IMG/VR virus record: IMGVR_UViG_3300043391_000745
Location: 1 to 34,255 of that record
Source: a virus
Taxonomy: Duplodnaviria > Caudoviricetes
Strand: one strand, 5' to 3'
DNA: 34,255 nt
Shown here: one piece after another, positions 25,085 to 34,255 of the stretch
Layout of the letters: every line of letters starts with the position of its first letter
Position numbering within the stretch: position 1 is the first letter of the stretch
Notes under the pieces: model-generated
Told to the model about the DNA's origin: nothing
Seen by the model: only the letters and a program-made list of their open reading frames with translations
The model's database searches: none
Program-made: the position numbers and the translations under genes

Positions 25085-25585
25085 ATGAGCATAGATAATT
25101 TAGATAATTTTGGCTTTGAACCAATTAATCAAAATAAGAATATTTCTAAAAATCAAAACCAAGATTTAAATACTTCAGATAAAGCTGTAGATTTTTCTAA
25201 AAAAGTTATAATAGCACTTCAAGCTAAACTAAAAGAGCACAACGCCTCCAATACCAAAAAAGTAACATTGAAACAATTAAAAAGTGTTTATAGAAGCACC
25301 TCTACAATATGCAGCGAAAATAAGGATCTAGGCGAAGTTGCCATGGCAAAAGTTAATATGTTTTTAAGAATAATGAGTGGTGCAAAGGTTAAAAATTTAG
25401 AAAATAATATTTCTAAAGCCTCCATTAATAATTATCTTGTAGAATCCACTCTTGATCCAGAGAATGTAGATTTTGATTTAGCAAAAGAAGATATTAAAAA
25501 GCATGCATTAGATTTTTTTAAGTTTTCTCATGCCGAAGAACTTTATCTAAATGATGAAGAAGATCGTATTTTTTATAAATTTTAA
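25085..25585 (+). CDS. hypothetical head-region protein
   Basis: 166-aa ORF with VTLKQLKSVYR...AMAKVNMFLR, upstream of the protease. Confidence 0.65.
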   Translation: MSIDNLDNFGFEPINQNKNISKNQNQDLNTSDKAVDFSKKVIIALQAKLKEHNASNTKKVTLKQLKSVYRSTSTICSENKDLGEVAMAKVNMFLRIMSGAKVKNLENNISKASINNYLVESTLDPENVDFDLAKEDIKKHALDFFKFSHAEELYLNDEEDRIFYKF

Positions 25586-25587
25586 TT

Positions 25588-27108
25588 ATGAACACTAAAT
25601 ATACAACTTCATTTTCTAATTTAAAAATCAAATCTATCGTATCAGAAGAAAAAGATAAATACTTATCAATAGCTTCTTTAAATGAACTTAGAAAATTTAT
25701 ACCAAATGTAGATTCTGAAAAAAATATAGATCTACTACCTATAGCTTTTGACGCTTGCGTTGTTAATAGGGTAAATAAAAATGGAGATGTTATAGACGCT
25801 TCAACAGCTAAAGATATTTTAAATAATTTTATAAATAAGCCAATAAACGTGGAACATGACAGAGGAAATGTTATTGGAGTAATACTAAATGCTAATTTTA
25901 GTAAATTTGGAACAAGTGAAAAAATAGATTTAGAAAAAGAAGAATCATTAAATCAACCATTTAATATTACTCTTGGTGGAGTAATCTGGAAGGTGGTTAA
26001 TCAAAACTTAGCTTCGTTGATAGAAGAAAGCAATGATCCATCTAGCGAAAAATACATGACCATATCCGCTTCTTGGGAATTAGGTTTTAATGAATATGAA
26101 TTAGTATTACTAGAAAATGATGAGAAAAATATAGAAAATGGTCAAATAATTTCAGACGCAAAACAAATAGAGAAATATTCACCAAAATTAAGAGCAAATG
26201 GTGGAAATGGTAAAATTGATAATAAATTTATATATAGAAAAGTTGTTGGTAACGTTATTCCATTAGGCATAGGTTTAACACTAAACCCAGCAGCAGATGT
26301 TCAAGGAGTAGCAATTAAAAATAAAGAAGACCTAAATCTTTCTAATTCTAATAATGAAGTATTAGATATAGAGTCTGATAAGGATATTATAGAAGATGAA
26401 AATAATATTTCCCAAACAGATGAAAATAATGTAAAGAATGAAGGAGTTATAAAAAGAATATTTATGAAAATAGAAAATATCAATCAAATTACAGACGAGC
26501 TTTTAAAGCAAGTCGCAGCTTCTAGCATTACTGAATTCATTGCTGACGAAATTAAGAAAGCAAGCGAATCTTTTGTAGTAGAAAAAGCTGAAAAAGACAA
26601 CGCTATTAAAGCCGCTCAAGAAAAATATGAAACACTTTCAACAGAAAGCGCAAAAGTTAAAGAAGAGCTTGAAAAAATTAAAGCTACTCTTTCAAAACTA
26701 GAAGAAGAGAAAGCTGCGAAAGAAAAAGAAGATGCATTCAATATTCGTATGGCAGCTCTTGACGAAGAATATGAACTCAACGATGAAGATCGTCAAGTTC
26801 TAGCTTCTGATATTAAAGATTTAAACGAAGAAGGCTTTGCTGCTTTCATGAAGAAAATGTCAGTTCTTATGAAAGAAAAAAATAAAGCAGCTAAGAAAGC
26901 CAAAACCGCAGCTAAAGCTTCAGAAGAAGCTAAAGAAGTTGTGGCATCAGTAGAGACTTCATCTTCTGCAACCGAAGTTGTAGAAGAAGTGATAGAAACA
27001 AGTAAGCTAGAAAAAGCTTCAATACCAAATTCTTCAACAACCACAGAGCCAACCCTAAAAGAAAAATTTAGCAAAGCTTTCAGTTTAGAAGGATTTGATA
27101 TAAAATAA
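25588..27108 (+). CDS. prohead protease fused to scaffolding domain
   Basis: NKNGD, KPINVEH (His), SASWE (Ser), GIGLTLNPA; E/K/A-rich coiled-coil C-half; upstream of decoration and MCP genes. Confidence 0.8.
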   Translation: MNTKYTTSFSNLKIKSIVSEEKDKYLSIASLNELRKFIPNVDSEKNIDLLPIAFDACVVNRVNKNGDVIDASTAKDILNNFINKPINVEHDRGNVIGVILNANFSKFGTSEKIDLEKEESLNQPFNITLGGVIWKVVNQNLASLIEESNDPSSEKYMTISASWELGFNEYELVLLENDEKNIENGQIISDAKQIEKYSPKLRANGGNGKIDNKFIYRKVVGNVIPLGIGLTLNPAADVQGVAIKNKEDLNLSNSNNEVLDIESDKDIIEDENNISQTDENNVKNEGVIKRIFMKIENINQITDELLKQVAASSITEFIADEIKKASESFVVEKAEKDNAIKAAQEKYETLSTESAKVKEELEKIKATLSKLEEEKAAKEKEDAFNIRMAALDEEYELNDEDRQVLASDIKDLNEEGFAAFMKKMSVLMKEKNKAAKKAKTAAKASEEAKEVVASVETSSSATEVVEEVIETSKLEKASIPNSSTTTEPTLKEKFSKAFSLEGFDIK

Positions 27109-27125
27109 ACTAAGGAGAAAAATAT

Positions 27126-27725
27126 ATGGCAAATTTAAAACCATTTAGAGATTATAACGAGCATGATGTTATTAACATGTTCGCTTTTGATGGTGCCCCA
27201 GACGCTAATGGCGTTATTGCCACCAAAGGCACTGTAGTTAAAATTGCAAACGCCAATGGTGTTCAACCAGTGAGCACATCAGCCCTCGGTAGCGAAGTTG
27301 TTGAACTTGACCTACCAGCAGGTAACACATATAACAATACTGTATCTTATCGTTACAGTGCAGTACCAAAAGTCGCAAAAGCAACTTATACCGATGTACC
27401 ACTCGGCATCACACTTTATGATGTTCGTGAGCTTGATGAGAATGGCGAAAAACTTTCTTACAATCCTCGCAAAGCAGCAGAAATGAATGTTGTTGTTAGT
27501 GGACAAGCAGTACCAGTTCTAACAAAAGGAATTCTCCTTTATGAAGGACTAAATACTACCTTGATTCCTACATCAGCCAGTGCTGGCGATACACTTTATG
27601 TTCACAGTACAGCAGGTGAACTTTCAACACTTGACGCAGGAAGCGCTCCAGCAGTTGGCAAATTATTGGGCAAACCAGTATCAGTCAATGGCAAAGGCGT
27701 TGCCCTAATTCAAGTTCAATTCTAA
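27126..27725 (+). CDS. capsid decoration/cement protein
   Basis: Between scaffold and MCP, strong TAAGGAG SD, PLGITL...VPVLTKG...VGKLLG pattern. Confidence 0.65.
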   Translation: MANLKPFRDYNEHDVINMFAFDGAPDANGVIATKGTVVKIANANGVQPVSTSALGSEVVELDLPAGNTYNNTVSYRYSAVPKVAKATYTDVPLGITLYDVRELDENGEKLSYNPRKAAEMNVVVSGQAVPVLTKGILLYEGLNTTLIPTSASAGDTLYVHSTAGELSTLDAGSAPAVGKLLGKPVSVNGKGVALIQVQF

Positions 27726-27746
27726 TTTTAAGGAGAAATTTAAAAA

Positions 27747-28826
27747 ATGAAAATTAAACTAAAAAATACACCAGAGCAAATTGAGCTAATCAAAGCTATG
27801 GGTAGCAGAGATAATGCTGCTGCAGCAGAAGCAACACAAGCTTTCGCAGCCTTTATTGGCCCAGTAGTTAGCAAAGTTCTAATGCAAGCTGGAACAGCAA
27901 GCGCTATTTATAGCGACGCTCCATATGATGAAGATGATAATCCAAGTATTCCTTTGGATCTTTATTATGACAAGAATCAAGATCATGTCACCGTTTGGAG
28001 TCAAAATGTAGCTGGTGGTTTACCATCTTCTACAGTAGAAGGCTTCAGCGAATTAAAAGTTTCTACCTATCGTTTAGATAGCGCAGTTAGCTTCTTAAAA
28101 CGCTATGCTCGCCGTGGTCGTCTCGATGTAGTAAGCAAAGCAGTAGAGCGCATGACAAATGAAGTTCTCGTTAAACAAGAACGTAATGCTTGGGCCGTAG
28201 TTCTAAAAGCTCTTGCAGGCGCTCGCACTGGTTCTGTTAGCAATAACGGAGTAACTGGTGGACACGTTGTTGATGCAACAGCGGAAGATGAGTTTCAACT
28301 TAGCCATTTAAATAAGCTAATGACCCTAGTTAAGAGACTAAACACCTCTTATGCTAATGGTTCAACAGCCGATGTTTATGGATTGACTGATTTGTTCGTC
28401 AGCCCAGAAGTTAAAGCTCATCTTAGAGCATTTGCTTATCAACCAATTGGTAAGAGCGATACCACAGATCTTCCTGCTAATGTTCGTGAGGAAATTTATC
28501 GTGGTGCTGGCACACAAGAAATTTATGGAGTAACAATTCATGAATTAGTTGAACTTGGAGTTGCTGGTAAGTATAGCTCATTGTTCAATGCTCTAAAAGG
28601 TGATCAAACCTTTGTAAGCGGAACAGATGAAATTTTGGTTGGTTTAGACCTATCAAAAGAATCATTCATCCGTCCAGTTGCTCGTCAATCAGAATCAGGT
28701 GGCACATTCACCGTTCTTCCTGACGATCAATTCGTTGCTCGCTCTGAGAAAACTGGATTCTATGGTTCTCTCGAAGAGGGTAGAGTTTGTATTGATGCTC
28801 GTGCTATCGTTGGAATTCGTCTCTAA
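27747..28826 (+). CDS. major capsid protein (HK97 fold, inferred)
   Basis: 359 aa, strong SD, follows protease/decoration genes, strong terminator after it, C-terminal GFYGSLEEGRVCIDARAIVGI. Confidence 0.8.
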   Translation: MKIKLKNTPEQIELIKAMGSRDNAAAAEATQAFAAFIGPVVSKVLMQAGTASAIYSDAPYDEDDNPSIPLDLYYDKNQDHVTVWSQNVAGGLPSSTVEGFSELKVSTYRLDSAVSFLKRYARRGRLDVVSKAVERMTNEVLVKQERNAWAVVLKALAGARTGSVSNNGVTGGHVVDATAEDEFQLSHLNKLMTLVKRLNTSYANGSTADVYGLTDLFVSPEVKAHLRAFAYQPIGKSDTTDLPANVREEIYRGAGTQEIYGVTIHELVELGVAGKYSSLFNALKGDQTFVSGTDEILVGLDLSKESFIRPVARQSESGGTFTVLPDDQFVARSEKTGFYGSLEEGRVCIDARAIVGIRL

Positions 28827-28843
28827 TCGATAGTTAGACTATT

Positions 28844-28886
28844 ATAAGTCGGCGGGGGTTTAAATACCTCCGCCGATTTATTTTTT
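28844..28886 (+). terminator. intrinsic terminator after MCP
   Basis: ATAAGTCGGCGGGGG-loop-CCTCCGCCGATTTAT followed by a T-run. Confidence 0.85.
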
Positions 28887-28954
28887 ATACAAATCTTTGG
28901 ATTTCACGTATAATATATATGAGTGTAACGCCATTCAAAGGAAAAAGGAGAAAT

Positions 28955-29299
28955 ATGAAGAAAAAGACTAAATTAGACAATCTTTCCCAAACGCACGGAA
29001 AAATAGAGAAATATGAATGTAAAACCTTAGATCAAATCTTAGGTGACGATGGTACATCTAAATACAAAACTTTAGATTTAGAAAAGTATAAAGAATATTT
29101 ATATGATCTTAATAAGAGTGATTTGCAGTCACATGCAAGTAAAATTGGATTACTTCCAATAGATAACAGAGAACTACTTAGCAAAAGATTAATAAAAGAA
29201 TTTGAAAAATATACTTCATCTTATAAATTACCAAAACTTGAAGCTAGAGAAATTAAATTAGATAAAAAAGCTCGAGATGTTTTAGCAGAAGGTAGATAA
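28955..29299 (+). CDS. hypothetical basic protein (likely start ATG 28955)
   Basis: AAGGAG SD before 28955 and GTGTAA at 28923-28928. Confidence 0.7.
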   Translation: MKKKTKLDNLSQTHGKIEKYECKTLDQILGDDGTSKYKTLDLEKYKEYLYDLNKSDLQSHASKIGLLPIDNRELLSKRLIKEFEKYTSSYKLPKLEAREIKLDKKARDVLAEGR

Positions 29300-29337
29300 T
29301 TTATAATTAAATTATAATTGCAGTGTAATTGTATTAT

Positions 29338-29715
29338 ATGGCTGGCTCACATCATATAAATGCAATTCAAGGCGATCATTTACAAATTAATTTAAAAGTA
29401 AGAGATAGTAATTGTAATCCAATTAATTTAAGTGGTTATGATGTTCGTGGAGAAGTGAGATATTCTTATGGATATACTGGAGCTTCTGGTTTATTACTTG
29501 ATTTAAATCCAATAGTTTATTCTGGCGTAGGTGGATCGTATTATCCTTCTGGAGTTATAATTATAAATATCGATTCTGTTACTATGGCGAAAATGCCAGT
29601 AGGAATTTTTGTTTATGATATAGAAAGATTTCCAGAATCAATGCCAACAGGAAATTCTATGAAATTATTAAAAGGTAAATTTATTGTAAATCCAGAAGTA
29701 ACAGTAAATAATTAA
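29338..29715 (+). CDS. putative virion adaptor/fibre-attachment protein
   Basis: IQGD...PINLSGY...VYDIE...[13 protein letters not shown] pattern typical of small beta proteins preceding fibres; ATG 9 nt after GTGTAA. Confidence 0.55.
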   Translation: MAGSHHINAIQGDHLQINLKVRDSNCNPINLSGYDVRGEVRYSYGYTGASGLLLDLNPIVYSGVGGSYYPSGVIIINIDSVTMAKMPVGIFVYDIERFPESMPTGNSMKLLKGKFIVNPEVTVNN

Positions 29716-29719
29716 TTTT

Positions 29720-31891
29720 ATGTCAGATATAGAGTTAAGCCTCAAAGACCCAGAGCTTATAGATCTTGGTTGTACGAAAGTAATAGTTTCTCAAGGCCCT
29801 CAAGGTTCTATTGGTCCAACTGGGCCTACTGGACTAGGATCAAATGGTTATACTGGTCCAACTGGAGAAGGTTATACTGGTCCAACTGGAGAAGGTTATA
29901 CTGGTCCAACTGGAGAAGGTTATACTGGTCCAACTGGAGAAGGTTATACTGGTCCAACTGGAGAAGGTTATACTGGTCCAACTGGAGATGTTGGTCCGAC
30001 AGGTGAAAATGGAATTAGTGCACTTTCTTGGACATACAAAGTAAACACAAACATATTTAATGTTGACCCTGGTAATGACTACCTAAACTTTAATGCCGAA
30101 CCTTTTACTTCGTCTACACAAATTAGAGTAGATGATAACCCTTATGGACTAAACACAACTTTACATGATTTATTTTTAAGTATTCAGAGTGGTTATTTAA
30201 CTTTAACAGAACAAAGTAATCCTTCAACATATGCCACTTTTCAAATAGTTTCCTGCGTAGATGGCACAGCTACAAATGAGACTGAAGATGGAAGTTATGT
30301 AATTTTCAACGTATCTTTAGTTAGTACATATGGAGTAATAAATAACGAAGATTTTGTTACCCTATCTATCGGACTTGTTGGTTCGCAAGGTGACACAGGT
30401 CCTATTGGACCAACTGGCGAAGGTTACACTGGAGCAACAGGACCTGGAATTGAAAATATAGAAAATATTATTTATACAACTGGAAATCAAATCAAAAGTG
30501 GTCGTTTAATAATTGGCAATGATGCAGGTAGCATCGTAGATCCAAATTCTCCATATACATTAAGTCTTCAAACAAATAGCCCACAAACTTGGTTAGAAAT
30601 TTTAAATAATAGTGGTACTAATAAAGGGGTATTTTTTGGAATACAAAATAATGATTTTGAACAATATAACTGGCAAGCTGGAGATATAAAATTCTTTACT
30701 TCTGAAAATTTTTCTGATGGAATCGAAAGATTAAGAATAAAAAATGATGGTAAAGTTGGAATAGGAATTGGCGCTCCATCTGAAAAATTAGAAGTAGTTG
30801 GAAATTTAAAAGTAAGTAATAGTGGATTTTTTACTAGTGGAATTAAAGTTGGAGATAGTTCGATATATATAACAGAAAATCGCATTGATGGAGGATACGC
30901 TCAATCAAATGGAAATCTAACAGATGGATTATTAGGAATTCAATATGATGGTTATTTTGATAATGATCCAATGTGGTTTAGCACAGCTTCTATTAGACCA
31001 ATAATAACTCAAATAGGATTAGCTGGATCATCACCAGGAGTATTAAACGGAACATATACCGAAGCAGCAGAAGGCTTATCTTATTTTACGGGCGATAATG
31101 GATTCAATATTTACTATCACCGTGTAAATCCACCATATGAATCTTATTGGTACGTAAATAGTACAAACGATTATTCTTCAACTTACTATACATCATATGA
31201 TTTAGAAACATGGCAGACTGGAGCCTACGGAGAGATAGCGCCTACAGCAAATATATTACAAACTAAAAATTATGAAAACGGTATTGAATTTGGTAATAGT
31301 CGTGGTCTTATAAATGGAACTTCATCAGAATGGGTTGGATATTTTAGAGCACCTGAAACAACTAATTATAGTTTTAATTTAAACGCAGATGAAGTTGCTT
31401 ATTTTTGGACAGGAGACAAAGCTTTTAATGTCTATACTAGTGGAAATGCTGATGCTATTGCTATTGCTGGTGGTTCTTCAAGTCAAAGTACTGAGTTAAA
31501 TTCTGGAGAATATTATCCAGTTAGATTACAATGGGGACACCCAACAACTCCAACCTATTCAAATTTGAGTCTAAGTGTTAACTATAATTCAACTTCTTTT
31601 TATAATTTTAGTGGATTATTTTTTCACGGGTCGCAAGGAAAGGGTTTTAATATAGACACAATAAGTGGTGATGCATATTTTGGTGGAAATATACAAAGTA
31701 ACACTGCGACATTTAATAATCGCCCAACAGTAAATGGAACTGGAGTATTATTGAGTGGAGAAACTATTCTTGCTGCGCAAATTTCAGATTGGATATTTCC
31801 TACTACTTTACCAACAAGTAGTGATAATTTACCAAGTGGCGCTTTATGGGTAGATACATCAGCTGGAAATGTATTAAAAATTGTATTATAA
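29720..31891 (+). CDS. collagen-like fibre protein with PA14/GLEYA-like domain
   Basis: GPT/GYT repeats; [14 protein letters not shown]; [27 protein letters not shown]...[11 protein letters not shown]. Confidence 0.75.
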   Translation: MSDIELSLKDPELIDLGCTKVIVSQGPQGSIGPTGPTGLGSNGYTGPTGEGYTGPTGEGYTGPTGEGYTGPTGEGYTGPTGEGYTGPTGDVGPTGENGISALSWTYKVNTNIFNVDPGNDYLNFNAEPFTSSTQIRVDDNPYGLNTTLHDLFLSIQSGYLTLTEQSNPSTYATFQIVSCVDGTATNETEDGSYVIFNVSLVSTYGVINNEDFVTLSIGLVGSQGDTGPIGPTGEGYTGATGPGIENIENIIYTTGNQIKSGRLIIGNDAGSIVDPNSPYTLSLQTNSPQTWLEILNNSGTNKGVFFGIQNNDFEQYNWQAGDIKFFTSENFSDGIERLRIKNDGKVGIGIGAPSEKLEVVGNLKVSNSGFFTSGIKVGDSSIYITENRIDGGYAQSNGNLTDGLLGIQYDGYFDNDPMWFSTASIRPIITQIGLAGSSPGVLNGTYTEAAEGLSYFTGDNGFNIYYHRVNPPYESYWYVNSTNDYSSTYYTSYDLETWQTGAYGEIAPTANILQTKNYENGIEFGNSRGLINGTSSEWVGYFRAPETTNYSFNLNADEVAYFWTGDKAFNVYTSGNADAIAIAGGSSSQSTELNSGEYYPVRLQWGHPTTPTYSNLSLSVNYNSTSFYNFSGLFFHGSQGKGFNIDTISGDAYFGGNIQSNTATFNNRPTVNGTGVLLSGETILAAQISDWIFPTTLPTSSDNLPSGALWVDTSAGNVLKIVL
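29846..29989 (+). repeat. 24-bp tandem repeat x6 (GYTGPTGE)
   Basis: GGTTATACTGGTCCAACTGGAGAA at 29846, 29870, 29894, 29918, 29942 and 29966 (last copy ends GAT). Confidence 0.95.
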
Positions 31892-31936
31892 CTAATATTA
31901 GATTTTTAAATTATATACTTCAGTGTAATTAATCAG

Positions 31937-34231
<2,295 letters not shown>

Positions 34232-34255
34232 TATTTGAAATCATTTTATTATTTA

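Noticed and set aside
12841-27506. Short antisense or nested ORFs within late genes
   Set aside because: Contained in long motif-bearing genes and without recognisable features

Overview
AT-rich segment of a tailed dsDNA phage genome read in standard code 11. No integrase, tRNA or CRISPR was seen. A small DUF4032-like gene hints at a Verrucomicrobiota-type host (inference). (1) About 570-6840 is an accessory/early island of short genes (ArdC-like, Gp88-like, SleB-like hydrolase, many orphans) plus one candidate ncRNA. It is cut into modules by six copies of a 75-bp element: a 27-bp palindrome, a 21-bp GC core with invariant CCCTGC, and a second 27-bp palindrome. Two lone 27-bp half-sites also occur. 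Modules typically begin with a sigma70-type promoter whose ATG lies 6 nt after the -10 box, and several end with a TAA located inside the repeat arm. This cassette-array architecture is the best candidate for an undescribed system. (2) About 7200-11400 holds PhoH, two papain-like paralogs and twin Ser/Ala- versus Pro-rich paralogs. (3) About 11400-34255 is the late region: sigma-like factor, ERCC4-type nuclease, TerL, portal, lysis genes with several lipoproteins and a BspA-type LRR protein, protease/scaffold, decoration protein, major capsid protein and collagen-like fibres. Many late genes are preceded by a GTGTAA motif.
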